DNA from: Candidatus Babelota bacterium
GTDB taxonomy: Bacteria > Babelota > Babeliae > Babelales > Vermiphilaceae
DNA length: 64,000 bases
Assembly: GCA_040878395.1 (NCBI GenBank)
Contig: JBBDMI010000006.1
Location: 67,145 to 131,144 of the forward strand
Reading direction: 5' to 3'
Part shown: one piece after another, positions 8,728 to 18,248 of the stretch
Position numbering within the stretch: the first letter of the stretch is position 1
Layout of the letters: every line of letters begins with the position of its first letter
The notes under the pieces: generated by a model
Seen by the model: the letters and a program-made list of their open reading frames with translations, nothing else
What the model was told of the DNA's origin: nothing
Databases searched by the model: none
Made by a program: the position numbers and the translations under genes

Positions 8728-9747
8728 TTAATCAACAAACTTTTTAAAATATTCAATCGTTTTCTGTAAACCATTAATCAAATGAACCTGAGGAGACCAA
8801 TTAAGTTCTTTTCTTGCCAATAAAATATCGGGCTTTCTGCGACATGGATCATCTTTTGGCAATCTTAAATATACAATTTGCGAGTCACTCTGTATTGAAT
8901 GTAAAATCATTTCAGCAAGCTGAACTAAATTATATTCATCAGGATTTCCTAAATTAATCGGACCGGTAAAATCTGAAGCTGTATCGAACATCATAGATAT
9001 GAACCCATCAATTAAATCATCAACATAACAAAATGATCGTGTTTGTAATCCACTACCATAAATAGTTAATGGCTCACCTTTTAATGCCTGCATAATAAAA
9101 TTACTCACGACACGCCCATCTCTAGGGTCCATGTTTGGGCCATAGGTATTAAAAATGCGCACAACCTTAATAGGAACATTATATTGTCTATGATAATCAA
9201 AAAATAATGATTCAGCACAACGTTTGCCTTCGTCATAACATGAACGAATGCCGATCGGGTTAACCAAACCACGATATGTTTCAACCTGTGGATGTACTTC
9301 CGGATCACCATAAACTTCACTCGTTGAAGCCTGCATAATTAGAGCATTATATTTTTTTGCTAATTCAAGCATATTTATTGCACCTAACACGCATGTCTTA
9401 GTCGTAAAAATAGGATCTTTTTGATAATGTGGCGGCGATGCCGGACAAGCTAAATTAAAAATGTAATCGACTTGAATATCCAATGGATATGTAATGTCAT
9501 GATGCTTAAATGAAAAACGCTTATCTTCAAATAAGGACTCAATATTATCTAAACGTCCTGTATAAAGATTATCTACTGCAATCACGTTATAATCTAAATC
9601 AAGCAATCTTTTACACAGATGACTTCCTAGAAAGCCGGCACCTCCTGTCACCAACACGTTCTTTTGTTGCTCTTGCGTATAAATACAAGGAAAGCTAATC
9701 ACACTGATCACAAAAAACAACCATTGTTTATAGTTGTTCATTATCAT
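8728..9747 (-). CDS. uxs: UDP-glucuronate decarboxylase (UDP-xylose synthase) with N-terminal membrane anchor/signal peptide
   Basis: VLVTGGAGFLGSHLC, VDNLYTGR, ASTSEVYGDPEVHPQ, NPIGIRSCYDEGKRCAE, RIFNTYGP, DGRVVSNFIMQALKGEPLTIYGSGLQTRSF. This is close to near-identical with human UXS1 motifs. Leader MIMNNYKQWLFFVISVISFPCIY. AGGA lies upstream of the ATG. Confidence 0.85.
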   Translation of the reverse strand: MIMNNYKQWLFFVISVISFPCIYTQEQQKNVLVTGGAGFLGSHLCKRLLDLDYNVIAVDNLYTGRLDNIESLFEDKRFSFKHHDITYPLDIQVDYIFNLACPASPPHYQKDPIFTTKTCVLGAINMLELAKKYNALIMQASTSEVYGDPEVHPQVETYRGLVNPIGIRSCYDEGKRCAESLFFDYHRQYNVPIKVVRIFNTYGPNMDPRDGRVVSNFIMQALKGEPLTIYGSGLQTRSFCYVDDLIDGFISMMFDTASDFTGPINLGNPDEYNLVQLAEMILHSIQSDSQIVYLRLPKDDPCRRKPDILLARKELNWSPQVHLINGLQKTIEYFKKFVD

Positions 9748-9798
9748 TATAAATCCTATATATTTTTAGGAAATAAATAATAACTTTATAAGCTATTT

Positions 9799-10470
9799 TT
9801 ATTTTGTGTTATCAATAAGAAAAATTTGATGCACCGCATTGCCGATTCTAAAATTCATAACTGGTGTTCCATCAATAAAAAACGGTGCTTTTCTTAAATC
9901 GATTTTATGACCACCACCCACTTGAATATCAGGGTTATCACTAGACAAATTATGTGGATACACTTCATTGATAATTAAACAATATTTATATTTCTTTAAT
10001 TGTGGAAGAAAGCGCTTGATATCTTCATTTGGCAAATGTTGAAGCACATGCTTACAAACTAAAAGATCTGCTGACGGCAAATCCATAGTCACTAAATTGC
10101 CAAACTCAAAATGAATATTTGAAGAACCAAATCGCTTTATATTTTTATTAATTACGCTCTCAACAACATCACAGCCAAAGTAATCGATACCATTCCAATC
10201 GATATACCTTGTTGATTCCCAATCACCACAGCCTGCATCCACTACAGATCTGATATTATGTTCACGCATAAATTTTTCTACAAAATGATTATATTCTAAA
10301 CAGTTGGCAAGCAAAGAGCCTCCGCCCGAAAAACCTTCTCCCTGTGCATTTTTGCCCCAGACTGCATTGTGATAAATGTTTGAAAAAACATTTTCATGTC
10401 GATCTGCATTCAAAAGCACGGCTGAACAAATACTGGCAACAAAAATAAGATGAAATTTTACTGTATTCAT
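9799..10470 (-). CDS. class I SAM-dependent methyltransferase with signal peptide
   Basis: VVDAGCGDWESTRYIDW and DLLVCKHVLQHLPNED. Paralog of 2547 and 23485. Start set at the ATG of MNTVKFHLIFVASICSAV, preceded by GGAG 7 nt upstream (the ORF-track start is TTG). Confidence 0.65.
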   Translation of the reverse strand: MNTVKFHLIFVASICSAVLLNADRHENVFSNIYHNAVWGKNAQGEGFSGGGSLLANCLEYNHFVEKFMREHNIRSVVDAGCGDWESTRYIDWNGIDYFGCDVVESVINKNIKRFGSSNIHFEFGNLVTMDLPSADLLVCKHVLQHLPNEDIKRFLPQLKKYKYCLIINEVYPHNLSSDNPDIQVGGGHKIDLRKAPFFIDGTPVMNFRIGNAVHQIFLIDNTK

Positions 10471-10488
10471 TTTTTTCTCCAATATATA

Positions 10489-11076
10489 TTAAGGAACCAC
10501 TGCAACCATTACATTTTGAGGATATTCACCATCATCACCACCAGGAATATAATACACATCGTAATTAGGATTAATCTCTTTAATTTTAGCAATCAAATCT
10601 GCTTGTATTAAACCATCGAAAGCTTCAGTGCCAGCACAATGCATATCATCAATTAAAATAGTATGTGTTTTAATCGGATGCCATGAAATTTGTTCTAGCT
10701 CTTCAATTAATGGACAATTTTTACCACCATCGGCGCGCACTGGCCATACATGCGCATCAAGCCAAAATGTTGCAGGCTTATCCAAATCTTTAATTATATC
10801 CCAAAGGTCTGTCGCTGAACTCCCTTTATATATGGCTACATTTGAATGTGAAGCAAAACGATTTCTTACTTTACGATATGTGCTTTCCTTAAATTCTATA
10901 GACCTAAACTCTTTAAATGCACCAGTTGCTATTGCTTTTTGCAGTCCGTGCCCAGCTGAAGTACCAGTTTCAACAAAATAATAATTTGCATAGGAAGCAA
11001 ACCCTTGTGGACCTATATTTGCTTTACCTGTAGCAAAAACAAGTAACAAAATATATAACATTTTTTGTATATTCAT
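10489..11076 (-). CDS. hypothetical exported protein, possibly methyltransferase-fold
   Basis: 195-aa ORF. Leader MNIQKMLYILLLVFATGKA. YFVETGTSAGHGL, FWLDAHVW and ILIDDMH loosely recall CmcI/FkbM-like MTases. Weak assignment. Confidence 0.3.
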   Translation of the reverse strand: MNIQKMLYILLLVFATGKANIGPQGFASYANYYFVETGTSAGHGLQKAIATGAFKEFRSIEFKESTYRKVRNRFASHSNVAIYKGSSATDLWDIIKDLDKPATFWLDAHVWPVRADGGKNCPLIEELEQISWHPIKTHTILIDDMHCAGTEAFDGLIQADLIAKIKEINPNYDVYYIPGGDDGEYPQNVMVAVVP

Positions 11077-11128
11077 TCTTTCTTCCTTTCAACCAAATCA
11101 AAATTTAAACAACAATAAATTAAGTTAA

Positions 11129-11968
11129 CTAATTTAAATTCCAACTACTATTTTTTTCATATCCCAAATCTATAAGCAAGTCGCCAGCAACATCTTTAAA
11201 CTCCTCAACGTGATGTGGCTTAAAGTATCTCCTCCAAGAGCCTATTCTTTTCCTTCCATTTGGATCAATTTCCCCATGAGTCTGCTCTGATAACTCCAAA
11301 GCTCTTTCGTGGGATAAGTCAATTCCAATATGCCTTGCAATGTTTTTAAGCTCTCTTACTTGCACATCACTTGAGCCTCCACTATAAGCACCCGCTAATT
11401 TTTCATAGGAAGTTACATATACAAAATCATCTCCAAATTTTGTCCATTCAAAATATCTATGATACAAATCATCAATTCCTTTAAAATCTTTCAACTCTGG
11501 ATTGATCCAATGGTTGATGCCCCAATAGAGCTCTGAAGTGTTAAAAATCCACTGCGATAGAGCTTCATCAAAAGATTTTGAAACCAAGCGGGGAAACCAC
11601 TTTTTCCTTTTCACCATATTAATCATAGACACTGCCTGATCGCGAGGGTCCCTAAAAATAAATACTACTTTAAAACCGGCCTTTTTTAACCTTTCGATAT
11701 TTTCTGCTGTGGGCAATGCATGTCCTATTATGGCCTTTTTAGTTTTCACATCTTTATCTGTAATCACAAGATGATCATTTTCTGCATGCTTAAACTTAAT
11801 TTCAGGAGAAATCAAATTTATACAGATTTGCAAAAGCTGTGTTCCACATTTGGGTATAGATGCAATTAAAATGTTACTTGGTACAGCAGATACTTGTAAA
11901 CTTAACAATAACACTCCCAAGTATAATGTTTTATTTTTGATGACCCTACAATAATATTTATTCATCAT
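11129..11968 (-). CDS. sulfotransferase with signal peptide
   Basis: SIPKCGTQLL (5'-PSB-like), FIFRDPRDQAVS (3'-PB-like), C-terminal LLIDLGYE. Start set at MMNKYY..LGVLLLSLQVSA, with GAAGGA upstream. Confidence 0.7.
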   Translation of the reverse strand: MMNKYYCRVIKNKTLYLGVLLLSLQVSAVPSNILIASIPKCGTQLLQICINLISPEIKFKHAENDHLVITDKDVKTKKAIIGHALPTAENIERLKKAGFKVVFIFRDPRDQAVSMINMVKRKKWFPRLVSKSFDEALSQWIFNTSELYWGINHWINPELKDFKGIDDLYHRYFEWTKFGDDFVYVTSYEKLAGAYSGGSSDVQVRELKNIARHIGIDLSHERALELSEQTHGEIDPNGRKRIGSWRRYFKPHHVEEFKDVAGDLLIDLGYEKNSSWNLN

Positions 11969-12000
11969 ACTTTTCCTTCTTGCATAGACCAACATCAATC

Positions 12001-12750
12001 TTATACATTATTTTCAGGTTTACGTGCAAAAGCCCATGCAATGATTGGACAATGCATATGATTAATTCCAGGATTACTTAACATACGATAATCAGGAAAA
12101 CCCTGTGTTTCAAAAGCCTTTTTTAAATATTCAAAATTCCCCCATTGACCAATACTTAACAATTCAAATCCCGCCTCTTGAAGCATCGCTCCAATACCGA
12201 CTGGAGTAAACCCTGTATAAAAATGATAGGGAGTTTCATGCGGAATACTCGTGGTGGGAACGTTAAAATATAAAATCCCACCTGGCTTCATATATTTAAA
12301 TATATTTTTTAAGCAACGAATAGGATCATAGACGTGCTCGAACGTTTGATTCACCATAACAAAATCAAAATCATGCTCATCCAATTCAAACACATGCAAA
12401 TCATATTTTTCTGGATTATGAGAGTAATTTATTACTGAAACATGTTGATGAGATATATAAGCCCATTCAGGATCTTTTCCATTGATAGCCAAACCTTTTA
12501 CCGAAAAACATTGGTTTTCTTGCACAAAACGTTCAAATTCTAAAAGAGCTATTACACGTGGAAAATCTTTGTGCTCCCAACGCCATGCCTTATTATTTTT
12601 TGCTATCGGCAATGGGTCATAACGATATGTGTATTCATGAGTGTAATTCGGCTTTACAAATCTTTCATAAATTATATTGATATCAGCTCGATCCAAATAA
12701 TTTGCGTATGAAAGTAAAGGAGCCAAAACTGATAATATGATTTTTTTCAT
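12001..12750 (-). CDS. SAM-dependent methyltransferase (Methyltransf_11-like) with signal peptide
   Basis: FDFVMVNQTFEHVYDPIRCLKNIFKYMKPGGILYF. Leader MKKIILSVLAPLLSYA. Confidence 0.5.
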   Translation of the reverse strand: MKKIILSVLAPLLSYANYLDRADINIIYERFVKPNYTHEYTYRYDPLPIAKNNKAWRWEHKDFPRVIALLEFERFVQENQCFSVKGLAINGKDPEWAYISHQHVSVINYSHNPEKYDLHVFELDEHDFDFVMVNQTFEHVYDPIRCLKNIFKYMKPGGILYFNVPTTSIPHETPYHFYTGFTPVGIGAMLQEAGFELLSIGQWGNFEYLKKAFETQGFPDYRMLSNPGINHMHCPIIAWAFARKPENNV

Positions 12751-12768
12751 TAGAACAATTTCCTATCT

Positions 12769-13476
12769 TTACGTTTTTTTTGATAACACAGCAACATATA
12801 GGCCATTCCACCAAGTCTCTGGATCTCCAACTTTTTTGGCTGGCAACACGATTTCATATAAAATAGTATACTCTAACTTCTGAAAAGCTGCCCTCGTTCC
12901 TTTTGGTACATTCGGAAAATTCCAATCATCTACAATTGCAATAAATGTATCGGCAAAAACATCATTAAAATAAGTAAAAGCTCTCTCTTGGTCTCTTACC
13001 GTATGCTCACCATCATAAAAATATATATTTACCGGATTCTCAAATAATCCATCTTTATCAAGGACAAAACAATCTTGCTCATAAAATCTATAGTTTACAT
13101 CATTAATAAGACTACAATTTCTTTTAAACTCTTGTTTAGGGCCACCAAATAATGACCAGTTATCACATGCAACAGCTTCAACAACACTTGAGCCATTTCC
13201 ATAAAGTGAAGCTATAAAAGTAGAACCTTTCCATGTGCCAATTTCAAAATAAGTACTATTTTCAAGAGTACAGATATTATTCAATAAATGTTTGACTTTT
13301 CTACTGGTCATACCCTCGATACTAAGCGCTTCAGGAGTCAATTTAGACTGATCATTTTTTGCAAATTCTATACATTTCTTTACATGTTCCACTAAAGAGC
13401 GCTCACCGAACATTAAGTGAGTACCAGTTAAAACAATCAAACAAAACATTTTAGAAGCCAAGAGAAAACGATGCAT
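12769..13476 (-). CDS. putative class I methyltransferase (Methyltransf_24-like) with signal anchor
   Basis: YFEIGTWKGSTF, IYFYDGEHT, IVDDWNF. Leader MHRFLLASKMFCLIVLTG. Confidence 0.4.
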   Translation of the reverse strand: MHRFLLASKMFCLIVLTGTHLMFGERSLVEHVKKCIEFAKNDQSKLTPEALSIEGMTSRKVKHLLNNICTLENSTYFEIGTWKGSTFIASLYGNGSSVVEAVACDNWSLFGGPKQEFKRNCSLINDVNYRFYEQDCFVLDKDGLFENPVNIYFYDGEHTVRDQERAFTYFNDVFADTFIAIVDDWNFPNVPKGTRAAFQKLEYTILYEIVLPAKKVGDPETWWNGLYVAVLSKKT

Positions 13477-13565
13477 ATATATTTCCTTTTTCCATTATAT
13501 AAAAACATTAACGATTCAAATATCAAATTTCTTTTCGTACAACTGTCTTTTATCCATCATCACGC

Positions 13566-14573
13566 TCAACTTACAAATAAATGCAATTTTTTACTATGAA
13601 TGTGAAGATTATTTATCCTACATTCCGTTTTACCAAATCTAGCAAAAGGTACCCGCCGCCCCTTCTGATCAATATTCCAAGTGAAGGATAAAAATGAAGG
13701 ATCAAATAAACAGCTTTCGTTGATAAAACCCGATTTTGATAGTCCATTCCTTGGATCAATACCACCTAAATACTGTCCTAAAGCTGCTGCATCAAAAATT
13801 GAATTAAACTCTGAAAAGAAATGTGCATAATCTTCTGGACTTTGCGCTGTATGACCTTTAGTTGATTTTAATTCACAAACATCAAGATATTCACGCATAA
13901 TTATTGGTAAGTGCGCAATTTCTTTTTTGCCAAAAGTCTGTCTATATTTTGCGATAATCTGCATATCATTCATCGTATTTTTCGCTTGATGCGCAACAAA
14001 ATCAACCAATTTTTCAATGGCCAGTTCATGAGCAAAATAAATAAAACCGGCAATACATCTACCATCATTATCGAATGTAGCAGCAATATTAGAATATGTA
14101 TGAAAAACCGGTAAAAGCTCATTTAAATCAACATAAAGCATATTATCATATTCTAAATGAAAAACGTCTTCAAGCTGATATTGATTCATGAGTTCATGCA
14201 CTAAAAAAAAACGTTCGGTTGTTTTTCGCCAAAAGCCTTGACGAAAACCATTATCTAAACGATTTTGCTGCTCAAAAAGTTCATGCATAAAACTTTTTTC
14301 TAGACTTTCACATGCAACAAAAATAATTTTATCATCATAAAACCTCACATCTGATATTTTTCTGATTGCCTCATTTTCCGCTATCACAAAGATGCGTGCT
14401 TCAGTATTAAATAAGCGAGCTTGATGAGTTGCATCAGCTAAATAATGAGGAAGCGTATTACCCAGATGCGCAAAAACAATTGAATATGCATCTATAACAT
14501 TGCATCCAAATAGCATGAAAAATATACATGCAAACGTGCTATTTTTAACCTTTATATGTGTGACATGAAACAT
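13566..14573 (-). CDS. hypothetical anchored protein (possible glycosyltransferase)
   Basis: 345-aa ORF. ATG start at 14573 (MFHVTHIKVKNSTFACIFFMLFGC) with AGAGGA upstream; the ORF-track start is TTG. Overlaps the upstream gene's 3' end. No secure motif (VFHLEYDNMLYVD might be a DXD-like site). Confidence 0.35.
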   Translation of the reverse strand: MFHVTHIKVKNSTFACIFFMLFGCNVIDAYSIVFAHLGNTLPHYLADATHQARLFNTEARIFVIAENEAIRKISDVRFYDDKIIFVACESLEKSFMHELFEQQNRLDNGFRQGFWRKTTERFFLVHELMNQYQLEDVFHLEYDNMLYVDLNELLPVFHTYSNIAATFDNDGRCIAGFIYFAHELAIEKLVDFVAHQAKNTMNDMQIIAKYRQTFGKKEIAHLPIIMREYLDVCELKSTKGHTAQSPEDYAHFFSEFNSIFDAAALGQYLGGIDPRNGLSKSGFINESCLFDPSFLSFTWNIDQKGRRVPFARFGKTECRINNLHIHSKKLHLFVS

Positions 14574-15402
14574 AATGCAAATTTCCTCTTTTTGCTTGAT
14601 CAAAACACCTGAATGGCACGTTATTCCAATTTAGCTTTCTAATTTTAGGTTGACCCGAACGATTAAGCAAAAAATTAAAATAAAGCTCATATTCTGACAT
14701 ACATGAATGACCAAGCGCTTTTTTATCAACATTTTGGCAAATTGCTCTCCATGGCTCCATGTTATGATTTTTTTCAATAGTTGCAAACAAATCATCCAAG
14801 ACACAACGCTGAAATAGCATATGATGCGTTATGCCAGAAAATTGAGGATAGGCCCTTTTTAATCCTGGAATAAGCTGGCGCATAAATACTAGATATGGTG
14901 GATGCACTTCGTCACTCACATTAAACAGTGGTGCACCGCAACCATTTTGAAAAACAACAGGTTTAAAAAAAATAGTATCTGCATCAACGATCAAAATATT
15001 GTTTGAAATATCAGGTATCACATAAGAAGCATATAACTTTAGAAATTGCTGATAAATCCAACCTGCTCGTGATTTTGGACGATCAATATAATCACGGGCT
15101 TTTTCCTCATCAAAAAAAATTTCATAAATAATATCATACATATCAAATGGATACTCTTTTTCATCAAACCACTCAACAGTTGCATCTTCAAGTAACTGCT
15201 CACTCGAAACAATAATAATTCTTCTATAATCTAAATGCTGCTTTATGCCATTGACAACCAATTCTAATGTTCGACTGTCTTTTTTATGACATGGAATTAC
15301 AATATCTATAGGATCTAATGTAAATGAATACGTAACACGCTCTTGTGCATGTTGTATTTGAAAGATAATAAAAATAGCAACAATGAGCCACCCAGTCTTC
15401 AT
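14545..15402 (-). CDS. putative GT-A-fold glycosyltransferase with signal peptide
   Basis: IDIVIPCHKKDSRTLELVVNGI and ILIVDADTIFFKP (DXD). Leader MKTGWLIVAIFIIFQIQHA. ATGA overlap with the upstream GT47 gene. Confidence 0.4.
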   Translation of the reverse strand: MKTGWLIVAIFIIFQIQHAQERVTYSFTLDPIDIVIPCHKKDSRTLELVVNGIKQHLDYRRIIIVSSEQLLEDATVEWFDEKEYPFDMYDIIYEIFFDEEKARDYIDRPKSRAGWIYQQFLKLYASYVIPDISNNILIVDADTIFFKPVVFQNGCGAPLFNVSDEVHPPYLVFMRQLIPGLKRAYPQFSGITHHMLFQRCVLDDLFATIEKNHNMEPWRAICQNVDKKALGHSCMSEYELYFNFLLNRSGQPKIRKLNWNNVPFRCFDQAKRGNLHYVSCHTYKG

Positions 15403-16334
15403 ACAATTCTCTTTTTTTTAGATTGACTTCTCATCTGTCTTTGCATATCACTTAACAACTGTTGCCAATAATCATATGTCATTTTTTCAGTACTTAACGC
15501 ATGCATATTTTTTTGTATATGCTCATATGACTCATTTAAAAAATCTTCATCCACTACCCGCCAATCATCTACAATCAATACGGGCATATTTTTAAACAAT
15601 TCATCCATTGGAGAAGATAATACGACAGGAACAACACCAACAATAAGTGCTTCCCATGTTCGATGGCAATCAAACCCATTCCCAGGAGGACTTAAAATAA
15701 ACTTTGCCTGCAACATTTTCTTTAAATATTCTAAATGATCAGAAGCAAACAATCGTGAACTAAATAATTTATTATCAAAATAATCAAAAACATCTTTTCT
15801 TGCCTTCAGATTTGTATGTGGATTAAAATTTATTCCTAACAAAACTGTTTTTTGATTATTTCGTGATTTTAACTGAAACAATGTTGTAAAGTCACTCACA
15901 TTTCCAGCATTATGCACATAGCGATTCGCCAAACCAATTGGTATTGCAGAAAATTTTGAATGATCCTGAATCGTTGGATTTTGTCCAAACCAATGCAATA
16001 CTTTTTCGTCACCTAAAAAATCGATAAATCCAGCAGGAACTGCTGCATCAGAATTGTGTGAAATTAATATGTAGGGATTATTTATTTTCACATGTATAGT
16101 TGAAAAAAACACATCAAGCAGATCAGATTTAACAAAAACGATATCGGCATATTCAACAGTTGACGCTTCTAGTAATTTATCAGTTTCATCAAAAACATGA
16201 TCCGACATCGCACGAAACCCATCACCTGAAATATACGGCTTACTAGGCATTCTTTTACCAGAAACTTTCGGTGGCTTTGCTTGATATGAAAATGATATTA
16301 ATACAATAGATAATATTATTATGCGCTTCAACAT
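15399..16334 (-). CDS. GT47 exostosin-like glycosyltransferase with signal anchor
   Basis: The C-terminal motif KFILSPPGNGFDCHRTWEALIVGVVPVV matches the exostosin signature (F-L-x-P-x-G..R..EAL..G.VPV). Leader MLKRIIILSIVLISFSY. Paralog at 22404. Confidence 0.65.
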   Translation of the reverse strand: MLKRIIILSIVLISFSYQAKPPKVSGKRMPSKPYISGDGFRAMSDHVFDETDKLLEASTVEYADIVFVKSDLLDVFFSTIHVKINNPYILISHNSDAAVPAGFIDFLGDEKVLHWFGQNPTIQDHSKFSAIPIGLANRYVHNAGNVSDFTTLFQLKSRNNQKTVLLGINFNPHTNLKARKDVFDYFDNKLFSSRLFASDHLEYLKKMLQAKFILSPPGNGFDCHRTWEALIVGVVPVVLSSPMDELFKNMPVLIVDDWRVVDEDFLNESYEHIQKNMHALSTEKMTYDYWQQLLSDMQRQMRSQSKKKRIV

Positions 16335-16468
16335 GCTATTTTCTACTCTTTATTTTTTTGTTAGAATCTTGAAAAATTAGACCATATTAAATAGCAGTTG
16401 TCAACTTACCTCAATAATACAACAATACCCTTAGGTCATAAACCACATAAATTTCAAAAGCAAACAAT

Positions 16469-17446
16469 CTACAATAGGTCCAAAAAATGTCTATACTTAA
16501 GCCACCAAGTTGTATGCCAATAATGGATAGCAAAACTTTCAGGACGCGTCCAAGACTTTATTTTATCAATATTTTTTTCGTGCCTAAGCCAGTTGGGCCA
16601 AGGATAAAAAGTTGTTGAAGGAAAACCAACAGCAACACCAGTATAGCCTTTACCTAACGCTTTAAAAAAAGATCGAGTAAGATGCCTTGGGCCGGTACGA
16701 TAAATAATTTCAAGAAAAGCCTCTTTACCATCATTAGATTTTAAATCTTCTATGCAATATTTTAAAATATCACTTTTAGGGGCAGAACCTATTAAACCAT
16801 TTAAAAATGAAAAGTTTGCGCTATAACTTATACCGGTATAAAAATCACAATAATGATGAAAAATATCAAAAGGCTTAAGACACTCAAAATCAGTATCAAC
16901 ATACAGCCCACCAAACTCATACAAAACTTCATAACGCAATATATCAGATTTTTCTCCATAGTTTCTTGTAACATCATATGCTTCTTGATTCGTCAAAATT
17001 ATGTCACGAATGTCAAAAACAATAAATTGCTCTTTTTTTTGTTGCAAACATTCATGAAGATCTTCAAAAGTATTTACAACTTTACCTAAAGCAAAATTTA
17101 ACTCGTTGTCAGTCCACAATATAAATAGCCAATAAGGATTGCGGTCTATCCAACTTTTTCGAAGCTGTGCACACGTCTGAGGGAGCTCACTTCCTAACCA
17201 AATATGATGCAAGATAAATGGTATACGAGCATGGTCTGTTTTTTGACCATTAAGAACCTGCTTATCATAAAGCGCTTTTGCATCTGCCCACAACCCCTCT
17301 TGCTGGAGAAACATTTCTTTAAAATTTTTATTTGGGGCTGTTCCTTGAATAAAATCTACAAATAAATCTTCTGCTTGAAGGAAAAATGAACTAAATACAA
17401 AAAAGCATACTCGATTCACATTTTTATTATAAAAAAAATTACTCAT
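16469..17446 (-). CDS. GT32-family (Gly_transf_sug, DXD) glycosyltransferase with signal anchor
   Basis: IPFILHHIWLGSELP, WLFILWTD, GEKSDILRYEVLYEFGGLYVDTDFECLKPF. Start chosen at ATG 17446 (MSNFFYNKNVNRVCFFVFSSFFL), overlapping the upstream stop by 8 nt. Confidence 0.75.
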   Translation of the reverse strand: MSNFFYNKNVNRVCFFVFSSFFLQAEDLFVDFIQGTAPNKNFKEMFLQQEGLWADAKALYDKQVLNGQKTDHARIPFILHHIWLGSELPQTCAQLRKSWIDRNPYWLFILWTDNELNFALGKVVNTFEDLHECLQQKKEQFIVFDIRDIILTNQEAYDVTRNYGEKSDILRYEVLYEFGGLYVDTDFECLKPFDIFHHYCDFYTGISYSANFSFLNGLIGSAPKSDILKYCIEDLKSNDGKEAFLEIIYRTGPRHLTRSFFKALGKGYTGVAVGFPSTTFYPWPNWLRHEKNIDKIKSWTRPESFAIHYWHTTWWLKYRHFLDLL

Positions 17447-18221
17447 ATGAAGCATAAATATCACCCCAAAGTTTTTTTATAACGCTCCAGTCCATCGCGT
17501 CAATATCTTCTAAAGCTTTATAAAAATCTTCTGCAGGAACCCATTGATCAAACCAAAATCTATCGCTTGTGGCTATAGCAATATTAAAAGATTTATATCC
17601 AAGTTCGATAAGACGATCAATACAACGCCTTGATTTATCCATTGTTTCATGATGACATTCAAAAGACACATAAGGTATTGGTGTTTGAAGCCCTAATAAC
17701 ACTTCATGTTCAAAATCCTCAACATCAATTTTACAAAACTGAGGAATGCCATATTTTTTTACTATGTTTTCCAATGTAGTAACTTCAACCTCCACACCTT
17801 CTTCCCAATTTAGATGAGAAAAACGTCCTTCATCAACCCAATCTTTTGAAAATGTTGCCAATACTGAACTATCATGGTGATGTGGATGATACATTTTTAA
17901 GACGCCTTCTTTATCAGCCAATCCAACAGGTTCAATAGCGACATCTTCATTGTTTCCATATTTTTCATACAAAATATTAACACATACCGGTTGCGGCTCC
18001 ACACAAACAACACGAGCTCCACATGCCAAATACTCTCGTGTCTTAAATCCTTTATTTGCACCAACATCAAATACTAAATCTCCAGAACTAAACATGCTTA
18101 AAAGCATATTTTTGGTTTGCTCAGCATCGGTCAATTTATAATACTTTTGATCAATACTAGTTCCATTGGCAAATAAAGCAGTTATCAATAAACTAATAGC
18201 TATTTTGTTTATGTTACTCAT
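17439..18221 (-). CDS. FkbM-family methyltransferase with signal peptide
   Basis: VFDVGANKGFKTREYLACGARVVCVEPQPVCVNIL and FCKIDVEDFEHEVLLG. Leader MSNINKIAISLLITALFA. Confidence 0.7.
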   Translation of the reverse strand: MSNINKIAISLLITALFANGTSIDQKYYKLTDAEQTKNMLLSMFSSGDLVFDVGANKGFKTREYLACGARVVCVEPQPVCVNILYEKYGNNEDVAIEPVGLADKEGVLKMYHPHHHDSSVLATFSKDWVDEGRFSHLNWEEGVEVEVTTLENIVKKYGIPQFCKIDVEDFEHEVLLGLQTPIPYVSFECHHETMDKSRRCIDRLIELGYKSFNIAIATSDRFWFDQWVPAEDFYKALEDIDAMDWSVIKKLWGDIYASYE

Positions 18222-18248
18222 TTTTTTCTCCTCTTAATAATTAATATC

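Noticed and set aside
10628-10981. Longer antisense ORFs nested in annotated genes, for example 10628..10981 (117 aa), 38548..38967 (139 aa), 38738..39055 (105 aa), 30700..31023 (107 aa) and 21657..21983 (108 aa).
   Set aside because: Each is fully contained within a longer opposite-strand ORF that carries clear enzyme motifs. Their compositions are low-complexity or Cys/His/Ile-rich, typical of random frames in AT-rich DNA, and they lack a ribosome-binding context.
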